DNA from: Antedon mediterranea
Lineage: Eukaryota; Animalia; Echinodermata
DNA length: 64,000 bases
NCBI RefSeq assembly: GCF_964355755.1
Contig: NC_092679.1
Span: 11,949,432 to 12,013,431 of the forward strand
Reading direction: 5' to 3'
Made by a program: the position numbers and the translations under genes. The notes below the pieces were generated by a model. That model was not told where the DNA came from. It saw only the letters and a list, made by a program, of their open reading frames with translations, and did no database searches. This document shows, in pieces, positions 13,307-25,300 of this stretch. The first letter of the stretch is position 1, and every line of letters begins with the position of its first letter.

Positions 13307-14210
13307 TTAAGCATGAAGGTATCCCACCATGCCCTAAGGGTTGAGTTAAGCATGAAGGTATCCCACCATGCCCTAAGGGTTGAGTTAAGCATGAAGGTAT
13401 CCCACCATGCCCTAAGGGTTGAGTTAAGCATGAAGGTATCCCACCATGCCCCAAGGGTTGAGTTAAGCATGAAGGTATCCCACCATGCCCTAAGGGTTGA
13501 GTTAAGCATGAAGGTATCCCACCATGCCCTAAGGGTTGAGTTAAGCATGAAGGTATCCCACCATGCCCTAAGGGTTGAGTTAAGCATGAAGGTATCCCAC
13601 CATGCCCTAAGGGTTGAGTTAAGCATGAAGGTATCCCACCATGCCCTAAGGGTTGAGTTAAGCATGAAGGTATCCCACCATGCCCTAAGGGTTGAGTTAA
13701 GCATGAAGGTATCCCACCATGCCCTAAGGGTTGAGTTAAGCATGAAGGTATCCCACCATGCCCTAAGGGTTGAGTTAAGCATGAAGGTATCCCACCATGC
13801 CCTAAGGGTTGAGTTAAGCATGAAGGTATCCCACCATGCCCTAAGGGTTGAGTTAAGCATGAAGGTATCCCACCATGCCCTAAGGGTTGAGTTAAGCATG
13901 AAGGTATCCCACCATGCCCTAAGGGTTGAGTTAAGCATGAAGGTATCCCACCATGCCCTAAGGGTTAAGTTAAGCATGAAGGTATCCCACCATGCCCTAA
14001 GGGTTGAGTTAAGCATGAAGGTATCCCACCATGCCCTAAGGGTTGAGTTAAGCATGAAGGTATCCCACCATGCCCTAAGGGTTGAGTTAAGCATGAAGGT
14101 ATCCCACCATGCCCTAAGGGTTGAGTTAAGCATGAAGGTATCCCACCATGCCTTAAGGGTTGAGTTAAGCATGAAGGTATCCCACCATGCCCTAAGGGTT
14201 GAGTTAAGCA
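13307..14210. repeat. 39-bp minisatellite, about 23 copies (STS intron 4)
   Basis: Unit ttaagcatgaaggtatcccaccatgccctaagggttgag, almost invariant. Confidence 0.97.
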
Positions 14211-14616
14211 CATGGTAGAGAATTGTTTTAATGGAATCCATATTTTTAATTTCAAATTTTACACTGTTCCACAAGGCAAACATTTTTCTTGTATTTTTAT
14301 TATTTTAAGAAATGTAAACAAACAGTAAATAATACTGAACTCATTTAAAAAAACATGAGAATTGCCCATTTATGAGGAAACTTGGATTTAAGACAGTATT
14401 CCATGCCCTCCAATAAACTAACAGTTTCTTGAAACAAACCATCATTATATTGCCTTTAATATTTAGGCCTGGGTGTGTTTTTTATTTCTTCCCTTTCTTT
14501 CTGGAATAGAAAATTAACATTTGAAAGGGATGGCACTTTAAATTCACTGATGTCATTTTGTATCCTCAGAAGAAACATTTGGGGCATGTGGGATTATACT
14601 CAAACAAGGTTCTAAG

Positions 14617-14641
<25 letters not shown>

Positions 14642-14647
<6 letters not shown>

Positions 14648-15008
14648 GAAACGATAAAGATGAGGAAATCTGTGAGAATGAGAAAAAGTCGCCCCAACCG
14701 AGACTCGAACTCGGACCGTCTGCTTGATATGCAGTTGCCCTAACCATTAGACCACTGGTACTTTCATGGTATTGTTCAAACTCGATTGGATAGCGACTCT
14801 TTAACATTCTCAGCATGGTACGGCGGAACAGCACTACAGTAGTCCTCAGTTGTACGCACACGCAACAGAGATCAAATTGATACGCCCTCATCTTTCAGTA
14901 TTTTTATTCACGAGGCGGGATCTCCTATGCGGACTATCCAATCGAGTCTCGGTTGAGGCGACTTTTTCTCATTCTCACAGATTTCCTCATCTTTATCGTT
15001 TCAAATTA
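14642..15008. mobile_element. Inverted-repeat element containing a tRNA-like sequence, next to (TA)n
   Basis: About 65-bp near-perfect inverted ends (taatttgaaacgataaagatgaggaaatctgtgagaatgagaaaaagtcgcc...). (TA)n at about 14617-14643. Confidence 0.7.
14690..14761 (-). pseudogene. tRNA-derived sequence (Asp-like, loop reads ATC)
   Basis: A-box TGGTCTAATGG, B-box GTTCGAGTC and a perfect T stem ccgag/ctcgg. The acceptor stem is imperfect, and TTTTT follows. Confidence 0.6.
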
Positions 15009-15168
15009 ATTAATTAAATTTCAGTATATCACCGGGCGGTTTAGGATTAATGTTCTTTGCCTACTGTGTTTATATATTATATAATGTATAATGTTCTTTG
15101 CCTGATACAGTATAGGAGGAAGATGATGATGTAATGATCAATTAAATATGTTTTCTATTTTCTTTAAG

Positions 15169-15596
15169 GTGACAAGGTCTACAAAGTAATGATGACTACA
15201 ACCAAATTAAATGTCAATGAACTTGGAGAAAGAGGATGTTGGAAGACCTATGTATGCCAATGCTATGGATCATCTGTCGACCACCATAACCCTCCACTTG
15301 TCTTTGACATAACAACTGATCTCACAGAAGACAACCCACTAAATCCAAATGATCCTGAAGTGCAGGAGATTATCAAGAAGTCATTAGCAGCCATTGATGA
15401 ACACAGGAAGACACTAACTCCAGTTCCAAACCAATTCCATCCTCTTAGACTTATACCAATTCCATGGCAGCAGCCGTGTTGCGGTACATTCCCATTCTGT
15501 AGTTGTAAAGAAGATAGTAATAATAATCCTGAAAATCAGATTATTGATTCTTTACAAAGAACACCAATTTCTGAGGAAATCGGAACCAACTCATGA
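15169..15596 (+). CDS. STS: Steryl-sulfatase-like, terminal exon
   Basis: tctttaAG acceptor. Encodes GDKVYKV...CQC...HNPPLVFDITTDLTEDNPL...PWQQPCCGTFPFCSC, typical of the STS-type C-terminus. TGA stop at 15594-15596. Confidence 0.93.
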
Positions 15597-15720
15597 TGAA
15601 AATCATCGTATGACTTAAGTCAATGCTGAAAAATATAAATAATACATACGTATACACACTAGCACCATTTGCCAACGCTTTACAAACTTTGATATTGGTT
15701 TACGAGAATGTGACAATTGT

Positions 15721-15938
15721 CGTATTCGATTGGGAACTTTCGTTGTCAACGTAAAGATTCGTTGAGTACTTTTTGTATTCGAATTGTAAATTTGTGCTCA
15801 ACAGAAAGTCATTCGAATAGAAAATGTTGACAACGAAAGCTTTTTCGTTAAGAACAATCTTAACACCTCAAAATACTCCGTTAAAGAAGTACTCAACGGA
15901 AAAACTGTACTCAACGTTGAAAGTCTAAATCGAATACG
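15721..15938. mobile_element. MITE with 8-bp target duplication
   Basis: acaattgt|cgtattcgatt ... aatcgaatacg|acaattgt. Removing it restores a unit of the adjacent minisatellite. Confidence 0.7.
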
Positions 15939-15946
15939 ACAATTGT

Positions 15947-18064
15947 CATTGGTTTACAAGCATGTGACATTGGTTGTTAGTTTACAAACTTGTAACACGT
16001 GCCATTGTTTAAAAACACTTGTCATTTGTTTACAAACTTGTGACATTTGTCATTGGTTTACAAACTTGTGACATTTTATTGGTTTACAAACTTGTGACAT
16101 GTTATTGGTTTACAAACTTGTGACATGTTATTGGTTTACAAACTTGTGACATTTTTCATTGGTTTACAAACTTGTGACATGTCATTGGTTTACAAACTTG
16201 TGACATTTGTCATTGGTTTACAAACTTGTGACATGTTATTGGTTTACAAACTTGTGACATGTTATTGGTTTACAAACTTGTGACATTTTTCATTGGTTTA
16301 CAAACTTGTGACATTTGTCATTCGTTTACAAACTTGTGACATGTCATTGGTTTACAAACTTGTGACATTTATCATTGGTTTACAAACTTGTGACATTTGT
16401 CATTGGTTTACAAACTTGTGACATGTCATTGGTTTACAAACTTGTGACATTTGTCATTGGTTTACAAACTTGTGACATTTGTCATTGGTTTACAAACTTG
16501 TGACATGTCATTGGTTTACAAACTTGTGACATTTATCATTGGTTTACAAACTTGTGACATTTGTCATTGGTTTACAAACTTGTGACATGTTATTGGTTTA
16601 CAAACTTGTGACATTTGTCATTGGTTTACAAACTTGTGACATTTGTCATTGGTTTACAAACTTGTGACCTTTTTCATTGGTTTACAAACTTGTGACATTT
16701 GTCATTGGTTTACAAACTTGTGACATTTGTCATTGGTTTACAAACTTGTGACATGTCATTGGTTTACAAACTTGTGACATTTGTCATTGGTTTACAAACT
16801 TGTGACATGTTATTGGTTTACAAACTTGTGACATTTTTCATTGGTTTACAAACTTGTGACATTTGTCATTGGTTTACAAACTTGTGACATTTGTCATTGG
16901 TTTACAAACTTGTAACATGTTATTGGTTTACAAACTTGTGACATTTGTCATTGGTTTACAAACTTGTTACATGTTATTGGTTTACAAACTTGTTACATTT
17001 TTCATTGGTTTACAAACTTGTGACATGTTATTGGTTTACAAACTTGTGACATTTGTCATTGGTTTATAAACTTGTGACATTTGTCATTGGTTTACAAACT
17101 TGTGACATTTGTCATTGGTTTACAAACTTGTGACATTTGTCATTGGTTTACAAACTTGTGACATGCCATTGGTTTACAAACTTGTGACATTTGTCATTGG
17201 TTTACAAACTTGTGACATGTTATTGGTTTACAAACTTGTGACATGTTATTGGTTTACAAACTTGTGACATTTGTCATTGGTTTACAAACTTGTGACATGT
17301 CATTGGTTTACAAACTTGTGACATTTGTCATTGGTTTACAAACTTGTGACATGTTATTGGTTTACAAACTTGTGACATTTTTCATTGGTTTACAAACTTG
17401 TGACATTTGTCATTGGTTTACAAACTTGTGACATTTGTCATTGGTTTACAAACTTGTAACATGTTATTGGTTTACAAACTTGTGACATTTGTCATTGGTT
17501 TACAAACTTGTGACATGTTATTGGTTTACAAACTTGTTACATTTTTCATTGGTTTACAAATTTGTGACATGTTATTGGTTTATAAACTTGTGACATTTAT
17601 CATTGGTTTACAAACTTGTGACATTTGTCATTGGTTTATAAACTTGTGACATTTGTCATTGGTTTACAAACTTGTGACATTTGTCATTGGTTTACAAACT
17701 TGTGACATTTGTCATTGGTTTACAAACTTGTGACATGCCATTGGTTTACAAACTTGTGACATTTGTCATTGGTTTACAAACTTGTGACATGTTATTGGTT
17801 TACAAACTTGTGACATGTTATTGGTTTACAAACTTGTGACATTTGTCATTGGTTTACAAACTTGTGACATTTATCATTGGTTTACAAACTTGTGACATTT
17901 GTCATTGGTTTACAAACTTGTGACATTTGTCATTGGTTTACAAACTTGTGACATGTCATTGGTTTACAAACTTGTGACATTTATCATTGGTTTACAAACT
18001 TGTGACATTTGTCATTGGTTTACAAACTTGTGACATTTGTCATTGGTGTACAAACTTGTGACAT
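15947..18064. repeat. 26/28-bp minisatellite, about 75-80 copies
   Basis: cattggtttacaaacttgtgacat(tt)gt, with two length variants interspersed. Confidence 0.97.
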
Positions 18065-18767
18065 TGTCCATAGTACTTAAACTTTTTATTGATTGGTACA
18101 AGCAATACAAAATAATAAGTTATCACACATTTTTTTAATTAATTGAAACAATTCTCGTTTTCTCTGTTTATTGATATAAATGTATTAGTTCTGAAATGAA
18201 CAGTTGAGTTTCTTGTCGTTTCGATCAATATGCTTTGATCGTCCACAGGAGTTAGAATGAACCTTCAAACAATATATTTCTCTGTTTATTCGTAGACAAA
18301 CAAACTATTAATGAACAATTTTGTTTACAATGGTTGTCACTTGTACACATTTGTAAATCTTGGCATGTCTTTTTATACTGATTTTTAATTTAGTTTTGCG
18401 TAGTGTAAATATAGAAATAACCGAAGTGTGTGTAAATATGTTTCACTAAGGTGTATGTGCAAATATAGTGTTAGTAATCATGGTGTAACTTGCTTGTCTA
18501 GAGGTAATGCAAATAATTATAGTTTAACAAAATTATTAATATATTTATTTTTATTACTATTTTTAAATTGGTTGTTTTTAATATTTTTCTATTTTATTGC
18601 TTTTTACAATTATTGAGTGTAAAAAAAAATTGTAGATCATTATCTCAGGAAATTAATCTGCTGCTGATTACGCTTAATAATGTTATTAATGCAATTAACA
18701 CAGAATATGTAGTATCCAATACATTCTTAGATGAGACACCTCATTACCCATGGCTACATCGTCATAA

Positions 18768-19370
18768 TACCCATTGGTACTTTAGTATCTTGTACCTGCA
18801 GATACCAATACCAATGGATACTTTAAATTGTATATTGTACCTGCAGATACCAATACCCATGGACACTTAATTGTATATTGTACCTGCAGATACCAATACC
18901 AATGGATACTTTAAATAGTATCTTGTACCTGCAGATACCAATACCCATGGATACTTTAAATTGTATTTTGTACCTGCAGATATCAATACCAATGGGTACT
19001 TTAAATTGTATCTTGTACCTGCAGATACCAATACCAATGGATACTTTAAATAGTATCTTGTACCTGCAGATACCAATACCCATGGATACTTTAAATAGTA
19101 TCTTGTGCCTGCAGATACCAATACCAATGGGTACTTTAAATAGTATCTTGTACCAGCAAATACCAATACCAATGGATACTTTAAATAGTATCTTGTAACT
19201 GCAAATACCAATACCAATGGATACTTTAAATAGTATCTTGTACCTGCAAATACCTATACCAATGGATACTTTAAATAGTATCTTGTGCCTCCAGATATCA
19301 ATACCAATGGGTACTTTAAATAGTTTCTTGTACCTGCAAATACCAATACCAATGGGTACCTTATAGTAAC
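18768..19370. repeat. 45-bp minisatellite, about 13 copies
   Basis: Unit tacctgcagataccaataccaatggatactttaaatagtatcttg. Degenerate copies continue to about 19560. Confidence 0.95.
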
Positions 19371-21479
19371 TTGTACCTCATTATACCCTTGGGTACTTTA
19401 GTATCTTGTAGCTGAAGGTACCAATACCCATCAATAGTTAGTATTGTACATGGGTACATCAGTATATTTGACCTAGAGATAATGTACCTCATTTACCCAT
19501 GGTTACATTCTTGTACCTACATGGGTACCATAGTATCTTGTCTTGTATATCTACCAATTGGTACATTGACCATGTAATATAATCACATCATACATCAGTA
19601 TGTGTAGTAAGTCCAACACCAGATATAAATGTGCATTATCATTAAATACCATTTAGAGGCAATATTATTTTAATTTATGAAGAAATATGTCCCAAAGTGT
19701 GAAATACCATTATGCCACTGCCATTATGGAAACTATTTATTTGTCTGTTCATCATTGCTTTCACATACAGTTACTACTCTATTTTCGATCTGATCAGAAT
19801 CCAGTAGGCAACTGATAATTGTTTAGTTTCTTTATAACATTTAAAAGAGATGTATAATATGGATTTAGGTCTAGTATGCTACAATTAGGAGAATCACATT
19901 CAATTGCTTTTCCAGTAGCAACATGGAATAATAACCACACAGCTTCACCCTTATGATTGTGAACACTGTCTTTTGACATTAACTTACCTTAGGTAATAGT
20001 TTCATGTGTTAATGTATTTATTTTATGAATATGATATTCTTATTAAGATACTGTATGTATAATTACATGATTTAGAAATATCACATAAAATTCATGATCA
20101 ATGGCACCTCTTGTTTGCCCTAAATGATATTCCCAGTGTGCTAGCAATCGGTAAATACTGTACATGTGACATAATATTTGTTGTGTATGTTAGATGAGTG
20201 TGTTCTTTTTGAAGACAGCTGATTTTTTTATCATTCTTCACTAAGCTCGATGTTTTGATTTGTGTTGGGTCGGAAAACAGGAGGCATTAGGTCTAATAAT
20301 CTATATACTTGTTATTTATTTATACTTAATACAATTATACTTGCTGATATCCACCTAATTCTCAGTGATGTACCTATCGTAATAGGAATATTTGGTAATA
20401 CAGCATCTCATTTATATCACATGTGGTGCCTGTATTATTTAAGGTTAGGTTACTACTAGATACATGTGAATGTTGTATTACCAAATATTCCTATGATACA
20501 GTACCAAAAATCAGCTGTGATATCCTATCTTTTGCATTGAATCCACGGCTGATTAGAACATACAGTATTACACTATCCTTGATTTTACTTAGCCAGCTAC
20601 TCAGATGATTTGCCCTACTCTGACTAATTGTACTATATAGACTAAGATATATTACCAATTTTCAACTGTTCACAATATTTATTACTTTGTATATTTATAT
20701 ATTTTGTTGATTTAAACTTTACATATATACAGTATTGTATCTTCATTGAAAGTATGGTAAATGTATGGTTTTACTATCAATCAGGGGATAAGATAAGCCC
20801 CCTGCATAAAATCTGCTTTTACGGTACCTATGTTTTGATTACAGACAGATACTGTATGCAAGAAATCATTCCTTCACATCAAAAGGAACACTTTGCATCT
20901 TATTATTTTGTGCAGAGCAAACAATTATTAAATTTCTTTTAGATAACTGTTACTGTTAAAGAAATTGCAATTGAACATTGCATTAACATTAAAAAAAATA
21001 TAAAAGTGTGTGCTATATAGTTGCTGAAATGTAGTGTAAATATTAATTTCTTAATTTTGATTTTGCTTATTATTGCATTGCTGTTGGTTACCTAGATATT
21101 ATATAAGGGTACAATTATGACCCATTTAGGTTCAAGATATATTCATTTATTGCATTTAAAAAATGAACATTGTATTAACTTTAAATACGATTCAATGAAT
21201 AGAGGGTGAATCCATAAATAATAAATGATTTTCACTTAGATTGCACATTTGAAGGATGGATGGTGATTAGTGAGGGTCAGCAGAGGCCCATTTAGTTTTT
21301 GATTATTAACTAATATTCAATTCACTTTTAATTAATTATTATTATATTAATTATTTTAATATCTAATTATAGCTAAAAATAAATTTAGTTAGTTAATATA
21401 AATATAAAATTAGTTAAGAATTAAAATTGTTTTTAAAAGAATGAGCCATATAATATATTAATGTACACTACTGATGGAA

Positions 21480-21620
21480 AGATGTATGTCCCCCAAAATA
21501 TGAAAAACAAAGTTGATTGATTTGCCGAGAAAACAACACACAGAAAAACAACAATGTAATTAATTTGCTTCAAAGTGAATAACTATTATTAAATATTTTC
21601 TTCAAGGGAACAATATATCT
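21480..21620. mobile_element. Short Kolobok-type MITE remnant
   Basis: agatgtatgtcccc ... gggaacaatatatct|TTAA. Confidence 0.5.
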
Positions 21621-22376
21621 TTAAAAACAGTTTTTAAAATAATTTACATTTAAATAGTATGTTTTTTAATTGTTATTCATCACATTTATTGTGAAAGCAA
21701 TTATTTAACCCCTGATATACCCATATTATTGCACTATGTATTACCATGAAGGATATTATTAGACATTACATTGGACATATGATATGTGAAATGTATTATG
21801 CAAAATTAATTTATATTCTGAAGTCTTGCCATACATGATACAAAGCTATGCAATTGCTCATTTGAAATGTTAGATCAATGGTAAATTGTACGTATCGCTG
21901 GTTGAAGGCCCACATTCGGTTTTTTCCTTCTCAGTACAGTTTATTTTAAAGAAAAAGGCAAGCTGGTAAAGTGTAATATGTTAAATTGAAAAATGTCACT
22001 CCATATGAAATACTGCTTTATGTTTGTTGCCATTGGTTTTGAAATAGTAATAGTGCTGTTTTCTTCTTGAAATAAATATTTACGATATGCAAATTAGTGT
22101 ACATTGTGTATAATTCAAGTTGCATTCATTCATTTTTCTCCTAGATGTACAAGGCTAAGGCAGTATGGCATAAATTAGGACATTATAGGGGCTCTATATA
22201 AGAATGGGTTCCCAAGCCAACAGATTTGCCAAGAAATGTGTCCTTAGTCTGGAGCTCTGGGTTTCATGCCTCAACATCCACCAGATTTTTTTCTTTTAGT
22301 AGTTTGCGAGATAATTTAGAACGAAATGAAGGCGAAAACAAACCGAAAGTAGAATGTACCGTAAATCGTGCGTGAA

Positions 22377-25300
22377 GCGTGAAACCTACCCCCATTTGTA
22401 AGGACTTATTGCCTGAAACCTACCCCCATTTGTAAGGACTTATTGCCTGAAACCTACCCCCATTTGTAAGGACTTATTGCATGAAACCTACCCCCATTTG
22501 TAAGGACTTATTGCATGAAACCTACCCCCATTTGTAAGGACTTATTGCGTGAAACCTACCCCCATTTGTAAGGACTTATTGCATGAAACCTACCCCCATT
22601 TGTAAGGACTTATTGCATGAAACCTACCCCCATTTGTAAGGACTTATTGCGTGAAACCTACCCCCATTTGTAAGGACTTATTGCATGAAACCTACCCCCA
22701 TTTGTAAGGACTTATTGCGTGAAACCTACCCCCATTTGTAAGGACTTATTGCCTGAAACCTACCCCCATTTGTAAGGACTTATTGCGTGAAACCTACCCC
22801 CATTTGTAAGGACTTATTGCATGAAACCTACCCCCATTTGTAAGGACTTATTGCATGAAACCTACCCCCATTTGTAAGGACTTATTGCATGAAACCTACC
22901 CCCATTTGTAAGGACTTATTGCATGAAACCTACCCCCATTTGTAAGGACTTATTGCATGAAACCTACCCCCATTTGTAAGGACTTATTGCGTGAAACCTA
23001 CCCCCATTTGTAAGGACTTATTGCATGAAACCTACCCCCATTTGTAAGGACTTATTGCGTGAAACCTACCCCCATTTGTAAGGACTTATTGCATGAAACC
23101 TACCCCCATTTGTAAGGACTTATTGCATGAAACCTACCCCCATTTGTAAGGACTTATTGCATGAAACCTACCCCCATTTGTAAGGACTTATTGCATGAAA
23201 CCTACCCCCATTTGTAAGGACTTATTGCATGAAACCTACCCCCATTTGTAAGGACTTATTGCATGAAACCTACCCCCATTTGTAAGGACTTATTGCATGA
23301 AACCTACCCCCATTTGTAAGGACTTATTGCGTGAAACCTACCCCCATTTGTAAGGACTTATTGCGTGAAACCTACCCCCATTTGTAAGGACTTATTGCAT
23401 GAAACCTACCCCCATTTGTAAGGACTTATTGCCTGAAACCTACCCCCATTTGTAAGGACTTATTGCATGAAACCTACCCCCATTTGTAAGGACTTATTGC
23501 GTGAAACCTACCCCCATTTGTAAGGACTTATTGCATGAAACCTACCCCCATTTGTAAGGACTTATTGCATGAAACCTACCCCCATTTGTAAGGACTTATT
23601 GCCTGAAACCTACCCCCATTTGTAAGGACTTATTGCGTGAAACCTACCCCCATTTGTAAGGACTTATTGCGTGAAACCTACCCCCATTTGTAAGGACTTA
23701 TTGCATGAAACCTACCCCCATTTGTAAGGACTTATTGCGTGAAACCTACCCCCATTTGTAAGGACTTATTGCGTGAAACCTACCCCCATTTGTAAGGACT
23801 TATTGCGTGAAACCTACCCCCATTTGTAAGGACTTATTGCATGAAACCTACCCCCATTTGTAAGGACTTATTGCGTGAAACCTACCCCCATTTGTAAGGA
23901 CTTATTGCATGAAACCTACCCCCATTTGTAAGGACTTATTGCGTGAAACCTACCCCCATTTGTAAGGACTTATTGCATGAAACCTACCCCCATTTGTAAG
24001 GACTTATTGCATGAAACCTACCCCCATTTGTAAGGACTTATTGCATGAAACCTACCCCCATTTGTAAGGACTTATTGCATGAAACCTACCCCCATTTGTA
24101 AGGACTTATTGCATGAAACCTACCCCCATTTGTAAGGACTTATTGCATGAAACCTACCCCCATTTGTAAGGACTTATTGCGTGAAACCTACCCCCATTTG
24201 TAAGGACTTATTGCGTGAAACCTACCCCCATTTGTAAGGACTTATTGCGTGAAACCTACCCCCATTTGTAAGGACTTATTGCATGAAACCTACCCCCATT
24301 TGTAAGGACTTATTGCGTGAAACCTACCCCCATTTGTAAGGACTTATTGCATGAAACCTACCCCCATTTGTAAGGACTTATTGCATGAAACCTACCCCCA
24401 TTTGTAAGGACTTATTGCATGAAACCTACCCCCATTTGTAAGGACTTATTGCATGAAACCTACCCCCATTTGTAAGGACTTATTGCGTGAAACCTACCCC
24501 CATTTGTAAGGACTTATTGCGTGAAACCTACCCCCATTTGTAAGGACTTATTGCATGAAACCTACCCCCATTTGTAAGGACTTATTGCCTGAAACCTACC
24601 CCCATTTGTAAGGACTTATTGCATGAAACCTACCCCCATTTGTAAGGACTTATTGCGTGAAACCTACCCCCATTTGTAAGGACTTATTGCCTGAAACCTA
24701 CCCCCATTTGTAAGGACTTATTGCATGAAACCTACCCCCATTTGTAAGGACTTATTGCGTGAAACCTACCCCCATTTGTAAGGACTTATTGCGTGAAACC
24801 TACCCCCATTTGTAAGGACTTATTGCATGAAACCTACCCCCATTTGTAAGGACTTATTGCGTGAAACCTACCCCCATTTGTAAGGACTTATTGCGTGAAA
24901 CCTACCCCCATTTGTAAGGACTTATTGCCTGAAACCTACCCCCATTTGTAAGGACTTATTGCATGAAACCTACCCCCATTTGTAAGGACTTATTGCGTGA
25001 AACCTACCCCCATTTGTAAGGACTTATTGCATGAAACCTACCCCCATTTGTAAGGACTTATTGCATGAAACCTACCCCCATTTGTAAGGACTTATTGCAT
25101 GAAACCTACCCCCATTTGTAAGGACTTATTGCATGAAACCTACCCCCATTTGTAAGGACTTATTGCCTGAAACCTACCCCCATTTGTAAGGACTTATTGC
25201 CTGAAACCTACCCCCATTTGTAAGGACTTATTGCGTGAAACCTACCCCCATTTGTAAGGACTTATTGCGTGAAACCTACCCCCATTTGTAAGGACTTATT

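Noticed and set aside
13267-14283. 338-aa and 301-aa ORFs on opposite strands
   Set aside because: Artefacts of a stop-free 39-bp minisatellite inside an STS intron.
14690-14761. Functional tRNA-Asp gene
   Set aside because: Mismatched acceptor stem, unusual ATC anticodon, and embedded in a repeat element.
14825-14852. Possible hammerhead ribozyme core (CTGAGGA on the minus strand)
   Set aside because: No GAAA after the candidate stem II, so the catalytic core cannot be completed.
15594-15599. Tandem TGA TGA at the STS end as possible selenocysteine read-through
   Set aside because: The protein is already complete, and no SECIS-like hairpin was recognised.
16699-19217. Several short repetitive ORFs
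   Set aside because: Translations of the 26/28-bp and 45-bp minisatellites.
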